DNA from: an uncultured virus (IMG/VR IMGVR_UViG_3300031951_000032)
Lineage: Duplodnaviria > Heunggongvirae > Uroviricota > Caudoviricetes
Virus record (IMG/VR): IMGVR_UViG_3300031951_000032
Reading direction: 5' to 3' (one strand)
Length of the DNA stretch: 64,000 bases
Position 1 is the first letter of the stretch. Every line of letters starts with the position of its first letter. Below, one piece after another: positions 43,051-53,578 of this stretch. The notes beneath the pieces were generated by a model. It did no database searches. It was not told the origin of the DNA and saw only the letters and a program-made list of their open reading frames with translations. The translations under genes and the position numbers were made by a program.

Positions 43051-44400
43051 ATGTCAACAGTTAATCTTCCAGAAACGCCGTCAAAGTTCAGCCTTAATGA
43101 ACTTGCCATTGTAACCAAAACTGGTAAGTTAGACATTTCTAAGTTATTTCAGGAATTAAATATATTTGATTCTCTATTATCTCCTGTGATGACGGGTGCG
43201 GTAGTTATTATTGATTCAATAGGTCTGTCTTCAAAACTTTTGTTTGATGGTTCTGAAGTTTTACTTGTGAATATTGGTAAAGACACCGACTCTGAAACTT
43301 TTAGATTACAAAAAGCATTTAGAATATATCGCCAAAGCAACAGGGCTACACTAAAACAAAATGCCGAAACATATACATTGGAGTTTGTTTCTGATGAGTT
43401 TATTTTTTCTGAGCAACAAAAAATAAACCAGTCTTATAAAACGACATATAGTGATGTTGTTAAAAAAATAATGAACAGTTATCTAAAGGTACCCGAACAA
43501 AAATTGAGGGGTGTTTTTCAAGATACAACAGGCATACGTGATTTAGTAATACCTAATCTTAAACCTCTTGATGCATTAGAGTGGTGTGCCAAGCGTTCTA
43601 TTGACCAGAAAAAGTCGCCTAACTATGTTTTCTTTGAGAACAATTTAGGATTCAATTTTGTTTCATTGTCGTATCTGCTTTCTTCCGACTATCTGTTTAA
43701 GATTAAGTTTCCAGCAAAAAACTTAGAAGAGACAAAACCAAATCAAGATTTGTTGAGTCCTAGACATTTTGAAGTTGTGAATCAATCTGATAAAATCAAA
43801 ACTACCAGAGAAGGTGTTGCTGCTGGTACATTTATTGGTTTTGATCCAATTACTAGAACAATACAAAACAAACGCATAGGATTTGAAGATCATTATAATG
43901 CTATGGATCATGGTAATGACACTGCTAACTTTTCACAATCAAGAAATCGTGGTGGTGAAAAAGCAACGGAAGCCTATGATTCAAAAAAAGTGTTGAGCAT
44001 TTTTGGTGCGAATATAAAGAATAGTGCTTATGTCAAGAAATACGACCCAACATCAATATCCAAAGTTGAGACAACAGAAGATTTTATTTTTGCCCGCAAG
44101 GCAATTTTTGCCAATCTGATGAACAAAAGAATTAAACTTGTTATGCCTGGTAATTTTCAATTGACTTCAGGTTTCAATTTGAATGTGCGTGTGCCAGACT
44201 TTTCAAAAAAGGAAACTGGTTCAGAAAACGAAGATCGTTCATTGAGTGGAAAATACTTAATTATTGCAGCAAGACATGTTATTAAATATGACATGCACGA
44301 AACTGTTTTGGAACTTGCAACTACATCAAACGAAACAGACTTTGTGCCACAAGGTGTACCAGAGCAAAACAAGGCGATAGAAACCTATGGAAGTTACTGA
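43051..44400 (+). CDS. baseplate hub protein (gp27-like)
   Basis: position between gp53 and gp5; LSGKYLI...RH. Confidence 0.72.
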   Translation: MSTVNLPETPSKFSLNELAIVTKTGKLDISKLFQELNIFDSLLSPVMTGAVVIIDSIGLSSKLLFDGSEVLLVNIGKDTDSETFRLQKAFRIYRQSNRATLKQNAETYTLEFVSDEFIFSEQQKINQSYKTTYSDVVKKIMNSYLKVPEQKLRGVFQDTTGIRDLVIPNLKPLDALEWCAKRSIDQKKSPNYVFFENNLGFNFVSLSYLLSSDYLFKIKFPAKNLEETKPNQDLLSPRHFEVVNQSDKIKTTREGVAAGTFIGFDPITRTIQNKRIGFEDHYNAMDHGNDTANFSQSRNRGGEKATEAYDSKKVLSIFGANIKNSAYVKKYDPTSISKVETTEDFIFARKAIFANLMNKRIKLVMPGNFQLTSGFNLNVRVPDFSKKETGSENEDRSLSGKYLIIAARHVIKYDMHETVLELATTSNETDFVPQGVPEQNKAIETYGSY

Positions 44401-45418
44401 AAATAAAGATTTCGCTGGTAAAAATGGTTTTATTTGGTGGGTTGGTGTTGTTGAAAAAATTAGTGACCCATTAAAATTAGGTCGTTGCAAAGTTCGTTGT
44501 GTTGGTTGGCATACAGATAATAAATCTCTGTTACCAACAGACAACTTACCTTGGGCGCAATCCTCTTTACCTGTGAATACAAGAGACACATACCCACCAC
44601 GTGAAGGTGATATGGTCTTTGGATTTTTCTTTGATGGTGAGAATGCACAGCAGCCTGTGATTCTAGGTGTTCTTCCTGGCATACCTCTTGCAGCAGCCAA
44701 TCGTCAAAACGGATTTAATGACGCAAGAAGTTCTTCTGAATTACAAAGTTCACCAAGAACACCAGCGTCAAAAACTTATAGCACAGATGGAAGCGGTATC
44801 AAGATTACAGAAAAATCTGCTGCTGAATCCTATCCGAGAATATTAGATGAGCCAACAACGTCACGACTGGCTCGTAATGATGAAAACATGTCAAAGACGT
44901 TTATACAAGAACGTAAAGATAATGTAGTAAAATCTGTGCCAACTGCTACTAGCACTTGGACAGAACCAACAACACAGTATGCTGCAAAATATCCATACAA
45001 CAATGTGACTGAAACGGAATCGGGTCATATTGTGGAGTTTGATGATACTGTTGGTAAAGAACGTATTCAACTTGCACACCGCAACGGTTCATTTCAAGAA
45101 TGGTTTCCTAACGGTGATAAAGTAGAAAAGATTACAAAAGACAATTATGAAATTGTGATGGGTAATGACCGTGTTTATATCATGGGTAAATGTTTTGTGA
45201 CCGTGCAAGGTGACGCTGAGGTTTATGTGAAACAGAATGCTACGATTAAAGTGGACAAGAATGTTACAGCAACTATTGGTGAAAACTTGTCGGCAACAGT
45301 AAATAAAAACGCAACTTTAAAGGTAAGTGGAAATTTTCAAGCAGACATTGGCGGTACATGTAAAATAACATCAGGTGGTAATATGACATTCAAGGCACCT
45401 AGAATTGATCTGAACTAA
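44387..45418 (+). CDS. gp5: baseplate central spike, no lysozyme domain
   Basis: WW.GVVE...DPL.LGR.KVR..G.H, GFF.DG..AQ.P, YPYN...ETESGH; beta-helix repeats. Confidence 0.9.
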   Translation: MEVTENKDFAGKNGFIWWVGVVEKISDPLKLGRCKVRCVGWHTDNKSLLPTDNLPWAQSSLPVNTRDTYPPREGDMVFGFFFDGENAQQPVILGVLPGIPLAAANRQNGFNDARSSSELQSSPRTPASKTYSTDGSGIKITEKSAAESYPRILDEPTTSRLARNDENMSKTFIQERKDNVVKSVPTATSTWTEPTTQYAAKYPYNNVTETESGHIVEFDDTVGKERIQLAHRNGSFQEWFPNGDKVEKITKDNYEIVMGNDRVYIMGKCFVTVQGDAEVYVKQNATIKVDKNVTATIGENLSATVNKNATLKVSGNFQADIGGTCKITSGGNMTFKAPRIDLN

Positions 45419-45419
45419 C

Positions 45420-45623
45420 ATGGCACACGAATTTGTAATTCTTGTAAATGGTGAATTGAAAACATATACGAGGTATGAAGATATACCAGAAAAATTTGAT
45501 AATGTAATTAAGTTTTTGCCTGAAATACCTGATGCACCACACACTCACGAACAACATGAGGAAATGGACACTTGGAATGACAGATTGAAGGAATTGCTAA
45601 GAAGAGAAACGAATGGCAGTTAG
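45420..45623 (+). CDS. conserved phage hypothetical protein
   Basis: DIPE.FD.VI.F.P..P..PHT...H. Confidence 0.7.
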   Translation: MAHEFVILVNGELKTYTRYEDIPEKFDNVIKFLPEIPDAPHTHEQHEEMDTWNDRLKELLRRETNGS

Positions 45624-46089
45624 CATAACTATTTCTCCTGCTGGAACAATTCCCACTTCAGAAATACAACAGACAACCAGATCAGCCAGAAGTGTGAATG
45701 CTTTAATAACTGCTAGTGGAGATATGGGAGAAATCATACAATCTGTGACTGCAACAATAGATATATCTGAGCCAGGCGTTAGCATTACTTCCGCAACAAA
45801 TTCGGTTTCTATAATTGGAACATATAAAGACCCATTTGAAGATTATCTGACTTATATTGAAAGAGGCAGCAGTAATTTAATAGAATCACCCAAGGTGGCT
45901 AAAGGCATATCAAATTTACCACCAAATAAAGATTTTTATGAACTGAGTCAAGATCAAAGAAGATTATTTACAAGAACCTATACAGTTTTAGTACAGACAA
46001 ATTTGAGTACAAGTCAATTCACAGTAACTCATGATATTTTAAACAATTTAGACGGTATAACCACTTTTGTTGGTTCATACTATAATTAG
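45613..46089 (+). CDS. hypothetical virion protein
   Basis: ORF track; inside baseplate operon. Confidence 0.65.
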   Translation: MAVSITISPAGTIPTSEIQQTTRSARSVNALITASGDMGEIIQSVTATIDISEPGVSITSATNSVSIIGTYKDPFEDYLTYIERGSSNLIESPKVAKGISNLPPNKDFYELSQDQRRLFTRTYTVLVQTNLSTSQFTVTHDILNNLDGITTFVGSYYN

Positions 46090-46097
46090 GAGAAACT

Positions 46098-46385
46098 ATG
46101 CCTGCCGCAACAAGAATTGGAGATGCTGACGTTGCTCACTGCTCTGGAATGGTAAGGGCGGCCGGTTCGGGAAATGTTTTCGTGAATGGAAGACCATGGT
46201 CCAGACAGGGTGATGTGAACACCGTACATTTATTACCAGGTTCACCATGTCCAGCACACTCTGCTTCTATATCTTCGGGTTCTTCAACTGTAAAAGTAAA
46301 CGGTAGAGGTGCCGGCCGTGTTGGAGATGCAATATCCGGTTGCACTTCCGTAGCTGCTGGTTCTGGTAACGTTTTCGCAGGTTGA
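46098..46385 (+). CDS. PAAR spike-tip protein (gp5.4-like)
   Basis: MPAATRIGD, GS.NVFVNG, GRVGD. Confidence 0.92.
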   Translation: MPAATRIGDADVAHCSGMVRAAGSGNVFVNGRPWSRQGDVNTVHLLPGSPCPAHSASISSGSSTVKVNGRGAGRVGDAISGCTSVAAGSGNVFAG

Positions 46386-46396
46386 ATAAATAAAAG

Positions 46397-46819
46397 ATGT
46401 CAACCACAATCACATCCAACGAACCAAGAATTCAAGTTGAAAGGTCTTATAAAGACTTGGATTTAAACTTTACAGTACATCCTGTCAAGAAGGATATAAG
46501 TCGCCATCTAAACGAAAAGGCGATTATTAACTCTGTAAAAAACTTAGTTTCAACCAATTTTTATGAAAGACCTTTTCAACCAGAGTTAGGTTCAGCAATT
46601 CGTGCTTTATTGTTTGAGCCAGTTGATTCTGTTTTTGGTGCTTCAATAGAAAGACGTTTATTTGATGTTATTAATAACTATGAACCTAGAGTTTCAGTTG
46701 AATCTATTGTCGCTGTACCTGCACCGGATGAAAATGGTTATAGAGTTTCAATGACTTTTTTTATTGTTAATTTGCCTAACCCAATTACAATCAATTTCTT
46801 TTTAGAACGTATAAGATAA
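46397..46819 (+). CDS. gp25: baseplate wedge subunit
   Basis: YKDLDL.F..HP, ERPF.P.LG....LLFE, NYEPRV. Confidence 0.93.
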   Translation: MSTTITSNEPRIQVERSYKDLDLNFTVHPVKKDISRHLNEKAIINSVKNLVSTNFYERPFQPELGSAIRALLFEPVDSVFGASIERRLFDVINNYEPRVSVESIVAVPAPDENGYRVSMTFFIVNLPNPITINFFLERIR

Positions 46820-46820
46820 A

Positions 46821-48878
46821 ATGGCTGAACCACTACAAGTTACCGAACTTGACTTCGATCAAATTAAGCAGAATCTAAAGACCTATTTAAAAGGACAGTC
46901 TGAGTTTACCGACTATGATTTTGAAGGTTCTGGTTTAAGTGTTTTACTGGACATCTTAGCGTACAATACGCACTATAATGCATACTATTTGAATATGGTA
47001 GCAAATGAAGCGTTTTTGGATACTGCTCTTCTACGTGATTCAGTTATTTCACATTCTAAAGTTTTAGGATATGTTCCATATTCAAGAAAATCACCACGTG
47101 CTACAATTAATTTCACTGTAAATACAGATAACACTGATGATAGCACAATGACTATACCAAAAGGCTTTTCTTTTTTATCAAATGAAATTGATGGTATCAG
47201 TTATAACTTCGTAACTTTGGAAGAAAATAAAGTAACCAAATCAAACACAGATTTTGCCTTTTTAAATCTACCAGTATATGAAGGCCAGTTGGTGACATAT
47301 AACTATATCTACGACCAAACAACAAATCCAAAGCAAATATTTTCTTTGCCAGACACAAACATTGATACATCTACTTTGTTTGTTTCTGTTCGCAATTCAG
47401 TTTCAAATACTGATTATGAAATCTATACTCTGGCGTCAGACGCCACAGATGCAACTACTGTGTCTAGAGTGTTTTACTTACAAGAAAACCGAGGTGAAAG
47501 ATATGCCATTTATTTTGGCGACGATGTAATTGGTAAAAGTTTACCTAACGGCGCTTCGGTTGGTATTACCTACTTGATCACCAATGGCACTGCCGCAAAC
47601 AAGGCAAATAATTTTGTTGCGACCGGCCTTCTTGCTGATTCTTTGGGAAATTCTCAAACTGATTTTGTAATTGATCCAGTAAGTGAAGCTGCCGGAGGTG
47701 CTGAAAGAGAATCTGTAGACAATATTAAGTTTGCTGCACCTTTGCAGTTCACGACACAAAATCGTTTAGTCACATTTAAAGACTACGAAACTTATATTCA
47801 AAAAAATTATCCTGCTGTGGATTCGGTTTCTGTTTGGGGTGGTGAGGATGAATCTCCGCCCAAATTTGGTGTTGTTTATATTTCTCTTAAACCTAGACAG
47901 AATTATTATATTTCAGATACAGAAAAACAACGAATCATTGATGAAATAATTAAGCCAAAGGCAATCGTTGCTATTCAAACCGTTATTCGTGACCCAGAAT
48001 TTTTATACTTGTTGGTTTCACCATTGGTCACTTACGATCCAAATAAAACTATTTTATCTGAACAACAATTAATTACAGCAGTACGAAATTCGGTTTTGGC
48101 TTATAAAACAACCAATCTTGATAAATTTGGGTCACAATTTATTCTTTCAAAAGTTCAGGATACTATTGATTCTGTGGATACAAACTCTATTATCGGTTCT
48201 AGCGTTTCGGTTCGTTTACAAAAAAGATTTACTCCAAGTTTGAACTTATCTACACCTTATACAATTAGATTTAATACACCTCTGCGTAGAGGAACAATTA
48301 ATAATAAATTGTCTTCAACTAAATTCACTGTTGCAGATTCACAGGGAGTTGATAGAGAAGTTCAATTTGATGAAATTCCACAATCTTTTTCTGGAATTAC
48401 AGCAATTCAAGTAACAAATCCTGGTTCTGGTTATATCTCACAACCAAGAATAACAATTGAGGGTGATGGTGCTGGTGCAAATGCTTCAGCGACAATTGTT
48501 AATGGCAAAATTCAAAGCATTGAAGTGATAAATCGTGGAATTGATTATACACGTGCTATAGTTACCATAACAGGAGGTGGTGGTTCTGGTGGTACAGCAT
48601 CAGCAGTAATTGATGGCCGTATTGGAACAGTGCGAACAGTTTATTATGATGCACTATCTCAGAGACAGGTAGTCAATGAAAATGCTGGTGAAATTGATTA
48701 CGATTCTGGTATTGTTACTGTAAAAGATATTTTTATTAAAAATGTTGAATCTCCTGACGGTGATATTAGAGTCTCAATTGAGTCTGAAAAAGGAATTATA
48801 AGTACATCAAAAGATACCATCATAACCATTGATGAAACCGATCCAATATCAATTAGTACAACATTAGAAACTGTATAA
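46821..48878 (+). CDS. gp6: baseplate wedge subunit
   Basis: LDFD.IK..LK.YL..Q.EF.DYDFEGS, Q.R.VT..DY, WGGED. Confidence 0.95.
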   Translation: MAEPLQVTELDFDQIKQNLKTYLKGQSEFTDYDFEGSGLSVLLDILAYNTHYNAYYLNMVANEAFLDTALLRDSVISHSKVLGYVPYSRKSPRATINFTVNTDNTDDSTMTIPKGFSFLSNEIDGISYNFVTLEENKVTKSNTDFAFLNLPVYEGQLVTYNYIYDQTTNPKQIFSLPDTNIDTSTLFVSVRNSVSNTDYEIYTLASDATDATTVSRVFYLQENRGERYAIYFGDDVIGKSLPNGASVGITYLITNGTAANKANNFVATGLLADSLGNSQTDFVIDPVSEAAGGAERESVDNIKFAAPLQFTTQNRLVTFKDYETYIQKNYPAVDSVSVWGGEDESPPKFGVVYISLKPRQNYYISDTEKQRIIDEIIKPKAIVAIQTVIRDPEFLYLLVSPLVTYDPNKTILSEQQLITAVRNSVLAYKTTNLDKFGSQFILSKVQDTIDSVDTNSIIGSSVSVRLQKRFTPSLNLSTPYTIRFNTPLRRGTINNKLSSTKFTVADSQGVDREVQFDEIPQSFSGITAIQVTNPGSGYISQPRITIEGDGAGANASATIVNGKIQSIEVINRGIDYTRAIVTITGGGGSGGTASAVIDGRIGTVRTVYYDALSQRQVVNENAGEIDYDSGIVTVKDIFIKNVESPDGDIRVSIESEKGIISTSKDTIITIDETDPISISTTLETV

Positions 48879-51800
48879 TGTCAGTAGATTTAAAAACATC
48901 GCTACTTGTTAGCCGTCAAGTACCAGAATTTGTTCGTGATGAATATCCGAAGTTCATCACGTTTTTGGAGGCGTATTATGAGTTTTTAGAAACTCAAGCT
49001 AATACGGCCATTACTTCCAACAATTTAGTTACAACGGCAAAGACTTTAAGAAATATCAGAGATGTTGATGATTCTTTAGAGAGATTTGAGAAAAATTTCT
49101 ATAATACTTACGCATCTTTGATACCTCTAGAAGTGCAATCAAATAAAGCACTTCTCTTTAAACACATTGCGAACTTATACAAATCAAAAGGATCTGAAGG
49201 TTCTTTTAAACTTCTATTCCAACTTATTTTTGGTGAAGATGTTGATATTATTTTACCTAAAAATAACGTGCTTCGTGCTTCGGCAAGTAAGTGGCAGGTA
49301 GACAATAAACTTAGAATTAATCCTGACGTATCCAGTCGTTATGTTGGCAACGGTACAAATAAAACTTTTTATTTTGCTCAGAAGGTTGACAAGAGTGAAG
49401 TCACTGTTTTTGTTGATGGTGTTGTAAAATTAGCTGATGTAGATTACTTCATTAATAAAGAATACAGACAATTAAAGTTTGTCAACGCACCAGCAAACAA
49501 CTCAATCATCACCGCTTTATATGATAATTTTGATATTTCTTTAATTGAAAATCGCAAAGTTACTGGAATATCTTCTAATGCTTTTGCAATCATTGAAAAA
49601 ACTGTCAGAAGAACGGTAGCAGATACTTTAAACTTAGGTCTGCCTATTGAACTCTTCATCAATTTAGACACGATTAAAGGTGATTTTCTAAATGGTGAAG
49701 TTGTTTCAATACCAATTAATGATGAAGTTAATAATATTTCAATTGATATTCGTGCTTCAACGTTTTCAATTGTCAAAAGATTTAACATCATCAACTCAGG
49801 AAACAACTATAGCGTAGGAGAAATTGTTTCTGCTGTTGGTGGCAACGCATCTTCAAATGCTTTTGGTATTGTTGAAGGTGTCAAATCTGCTTTGGTTGAT
49901 GTTGTAAATGTACACCACGGCGGTGCAGTCTTCAGTCTGCTTTCTCCAATTTCGGTTTCAGGTAATAATCCACTCACAACAATGACCGTAGTCGTTGATG
50001 GTATTGATACCTCTGGAGCAAACGCTGCAAATAGTTTGCTAATTTCTCCCGATTTAGTTTCAAATCTCACTTTAAATGTTGATGGTACGGTTTATGTAAA
50101 CAGTTCAAATTTTGGTGCAGTTTTTGCAAAGCCCAACATAAGTGCAGCCAATACAATTTCTGATGCTCTAAATTATCTTAGACTTCAGGTTGGACCAATT
50201 ACTAGTGTTAATGTCGTTGCAACAGCAATACCATTAACAGAAAAATCTCAGATTGTATTTGATGCTGCTGGTGCCGAATATGGACCAGTATCACGTTTCC
50301 GTTATTCTAAAAGTTTAAAATCAATTGGTCGTTATAAAGTCAACAATGGTGGTCAGAACTACATTGTTGGTGATGAAATTGTATTTGGTCTTAATCCTCT
50401 AGGTACATACGGACAACATGCGGCTGCTATCGTTGCCTCTGTCAATGCAACTGGAGCAATCGTTAGAATTGATTCTGCAAATAGTCGCATTCGTGGAATA
50501 TCTTCAGTAAATACTGCATGTAATGAACTCAACGGTACCGGTACTTTCTTCACACAAGACTTAAAAGTTGGTGATGTAATTGAAGTTAATACTCAAATAA
50601 GAACGATAGATTCAATTACAAACGACACTCTTGCACTAATAGGAATAGGTAACGAGTGGACTTATACCTCAATTAATAGAAGAGTTGGTGTTTATAATCG
50701 CTGGCCTTTTGGTGGATATGGTTATACTCAAAATAATTTTCCCACAATTACAGTAAGTTCTTCTACTGGTTCAGGTGCCAATGTACAAATTGATTCTCTA
50801 AATGGAGATGGTGAAAGATTAGAGGGTACAGGTTTCTCCGCTAATGGTCAAATTACATCAATCAAATTAATTGACCCTGGTTCAGGATATGAATACATTC
50901 CTAAAGTAAGCATTACTGGTGGTGATGGTAGTGCCACTGCAACTGCCGAAATTGAACGCTCATTTATTTCCACACCTGGTCGTTGGACAACTTCAGACTC
51001 TATCATTTCATCTCTTGAAAGAAAGATTCAAGGTGAAGATTATTATGTTGACTATTCTTATGTCATCTCTTCACAGGTTGAATTTAGTAAATATAAAACC
51101 TTACTAAAAAGATTAATACATCCAGTTGGTCTTGTTAATTATGCAGTCTTTAATAAAGAACATGTCGTTGAACTTGATGATGTTGCTGTTGAACAAACGA
51201 TATTGGAAAGAACAATTTCGGGTACAGTTAATGTAGGAAACGGAAGAGTTGTTGTCACTGGAAGTAACACTAAGTTTAATATAGCTAATCTAAATGGTAT
51301 TTTATCAATTGGGTCTTCAATTGCCGTTAGTGGTGAAATGAGGAAAATTAGTGCGATTTTAAGTAACACACAATTAATTACTTCATCAAATATTTCTAAT
51401 CTAAGAATTGCAAACTCAGGTTCCGGTTATTCTAACGGTTATCTTGTATTCTCTAATGGTGGTGGACAAGTCTCTTCTTTAACCCTAACTTATCCAGGTT
51501 CAGGTTATGATAATGGTTCTATAATTTTTAGAGGGACTGATGAAGCCATTGCTGCCGTTGCAAACGTAGAAGTATATCCTTCTAACGGAGCGATTCGTTC
51601 AATTTCATTCGTGAGTGGTGGTTTATACGCTTCAAAACCAATTGCACTACCAAATAATAACCCACACCGTGTTGTGTATGCAAATAGTCTTGTGATGACA
51701 AATCCAGGACAAGGTTATTCAAATGGGTGGTTGGTATTCTCAGGTGGATCACCACTAAGACAGGCTAATGTAAGAGTTATTGTTCATCCAAATACTGTAA

Positions 51801-53554
51801 TTAATACTTTTGTAGTGAATGATTCTGGATTATATGAATCTAATCCAACTGTTTCTTTGAACACAAACTCAAACGTTGTTATTGCTACCGCCGTAGTGGC
51901 TACTGGTGTTAGAACAATCACAGCAAATGCTGGTGCCAGAGCCGTAAATAGTTTTGTTACAATCTATAGTGATGTTGGTCCGGCTTACATAGCAGCAAAC
52001 GCACGAATCTATGTAAACACAACCGGTTATGTTCAAAATGTTGAAGTCAGAACAAATGGTGCTTATTGGGCAAATGCTACTTTGTCTGCTAATATTGGGG
52101 GATTAAGATATTATGAAAACAATCAAGTATATGATGCAACAACAAATAGTTTATCAAACGTTGCACTAACGATTGGAGTATCAAACAAAGGTAATGGACA
52201 TTCAAACGGAGTCTTTACACTTTCTGGTGGAGACCCGTTACGTGGTGCTTTAATTAGAGTTGAAACTTTCCCATCTAATACAAGACAAATAGTATCAATC
52301 ACTGCAAATGTAAACGCCTATGGAGTGAATGGATTCGTTAATTTCTCCGGAGGTGGAACAGATAGCATTGCAGCAAATGCCAGAATTTACGTCACTTCTA
52401 CTGGACTCATTAATGGTGTTGTGATGTTTGCTAACGGTTTATACACAGGTGTTCCAACAGCAACAGCGAATGTTGGAAATGCCGTATTTACGTTGACAAC
52501 TCTACCCGTTGATGGACAAATTCGTAGAATTGTGGTTGAAGATCCAGGTTTGTATTATTCAACACCAACTGCAACGTTGAATAATTCACCAAATTCTGTA
52601 ATAACGATTCTATCAAATACGGCTGCAAATACATTTACTGGAAACAGTATTGCAAATGGATTCTTGATTTTTGGTGGTGGTCTGGCAGTAAGACCTGCTA
52701 GTGCGACTTACCGTGTTTATCCTTCCAACGGAACGATTAACATGCAGTCAATTGTTATCACTGATGTGGGATTATATCGCATACCACCAACCACTGTAAG
52801 TCCAAATGTGGTTCCAGTTTCTATTACAGAGGTTCTACCTTTGATTGGTGGTTCTGGGTATGTAAATGGTAACGTAGTATTTTCAACTACTCAAGGCACA
52901 GCAAATATTACGGCTAATTGCACCGTGTTTACTAATGGCGCTTTTGGTGCAATTCAAAAAACAGTTATTCAACATACTGGCTTATATGCCAATGGCCAAG
53001 ATATTATTATTGTTGGAATACTTAATCCGGCTACTGGAGTTTTACAGACACCAACGACTCAAGCAAGTTTTAGTGTTGGTTACAATTCAAATACAAGAAA
53101 CAATGCGAATCTTGTCGTTTCAACTTCAGCAAATCTATCACAAAGCGCCATTGTGTTTGTTTCGGCTAATGGTAATAATTTCACAAACGCCGCCATTACT
53201 GCCACAACGGTCGCAAATGACCAGACAAATGCGGTAATTACGGTGGGTTTCACTGAGCAGAATACGGCAGCAAATGTGCTTGTTGAGGTTTATAACAGTA
53301 ATGGAGCAATTCGTAAACTGACGGTAAACACTCAGAGTGTTCTTCGTGGTACAGGTAGTTATTATTATACTCCCGATGTGACTCCAAACAGTGGTGGAAC
53401 TGGAGCGGTAATCACAATTAATCCAGTTTCTTGGTATCAGACCGCAAATGTACAGAGAGCAATCATTATTTCTGCAAATAGTTCAATTAGAGTAATGACT
53501 GAATCTGATATTATTATTATCACCGAACAAGGAAAAGACATCGTACTGGAATAA
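48878..53554 (+). CDS. gp7: baseplate wedge initiator with repeated beta modules
   Basis: Q.PEFVR.EYP.F..FLEAYY, Y.SKG, Q...YY..YSYVI...HP.G. Confidence 0.8.
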   Translation: MSVDLKTSLLVSRQVPEFVRDEYPKFITFLEAYYEFLETQANTAITSNNLVTTAKTLRNIRDVDDSLERFEKNFYNTYASLIPLEVQSNKALLFKHIANLYKSKGSEGSFKLLFQLIFGEDVDIILPKNNVLRASASKWQVDNKLRINPDVSSRYVGNGTNKTFYFAQKVDKSEVTVFVDGVVKLADVDYFINKEYRQLKFVNAPANNSIITALYDNFDISLIENRKVTGISSNAFAIIEKTVRRTVADTLNLGLPIELFINLDTIKGDFLNGEVVSIPINDEVNNISIDIRASTFSIVKRFNIINSGNNYSVGEIVSAVGGNASSNAFGIVEGVKSALVDVVNVHHGGAVFSLLSPISVSGNNPLTTMTVVVDGIDTSGANAANSLLISPDLVSNLTLNVDGTVYVNSSNFGAVFAKPNISAANTISDALNYLRLQVGPITSVNVVATAIPLTEKSQIVFDAAGAEYGPVSRFRYSKSLKSIGRYKVNNGGQNYIVGDEIVFGLNPLGTYGQHAAAIVASVNATGAIVRIDSANSRIRGISSVNTACNELNGTGTFFTQDLKVGDVIEVNTQIRTIDSITNDTLALIGIGNEWTYTSINRRVGVYNRWPFGGYGYTQNNFPTITVSSSTGSGANVQIDSLNGDGERLEGTGFSANGQITSIKLIDPGSGYEYIPKVSITGGDGSATATAEIERSFISTPGRWTTSDSIISSLERKIQGEDYYVDYSYVISSQVEFSKYKTLLKRLIHPVGLVNYAVFNKEHVVELDDVAVEQTILERTISGTVNVGNGRVVVTGSNTKFNIANLNGILSIGSSIAVSGEMRKISAILSNTQLITSSNISNLRIANSGSGYSNGYLVFSNGGGQVSSLTLTYPGSGYDNGSIIFRGTDEAIAAVANVEVYPSNGAIRSISFVSGGLYASKPIALPNNNPHRVVYANSLVMTNPGQGYSNGWLVFSGGSPLRQANVRVIVHPNTVINTFVVNDSGLYESNPTVSLNTNSNVVIATAVVATGVRTITANAGARAVNSFVTIYSDVGPAYIAANARIYVNTTGYVQNVEVRTNGAYWANATLSANIGGLRYYENNQVYDATTNSLSNVALTIGVSNKGNGHSNGVFTLSGGDPLRGALIRVETFPSNTRQIVSITANVNAYGVNGFVNFSGGGTDSIAANARIYVTSTGLINGVVMFANGLYTGVPTATANVGNAVFTLTTLPVDGQIRRIVVEDPGLYYSTPTATLNNSPNSVITILSNTAANTFTGNSIANGFLIFGGGLAVRPASATYRVYPSNGTINMQSIVITDVGLYRIPPTTVSPNVVPVSITEVLPLIGGSGYVNGNVVFSTTQGTANITANCTVFTNGAFGAIQKTVIQHTGLYANGQDIIIVGILNPATGVLQTPTTQASFSVGYNSNTRNNANLVVSTSANLSQSAIVFVSANGNNFTNAAITATTVANDQTNAVITVGFTEQNTAANVLVEVYNSNGAIRKLTVNTQSVLRGTGSYYYTPDVTPNSGGTGAVITINPVSWYQTANVQRAIIISANSSIRVMTESDIIIITEQGKDIVLE

Positions 53555-53578
53555 ATAAAGAGAAATTTAAGGATTAAA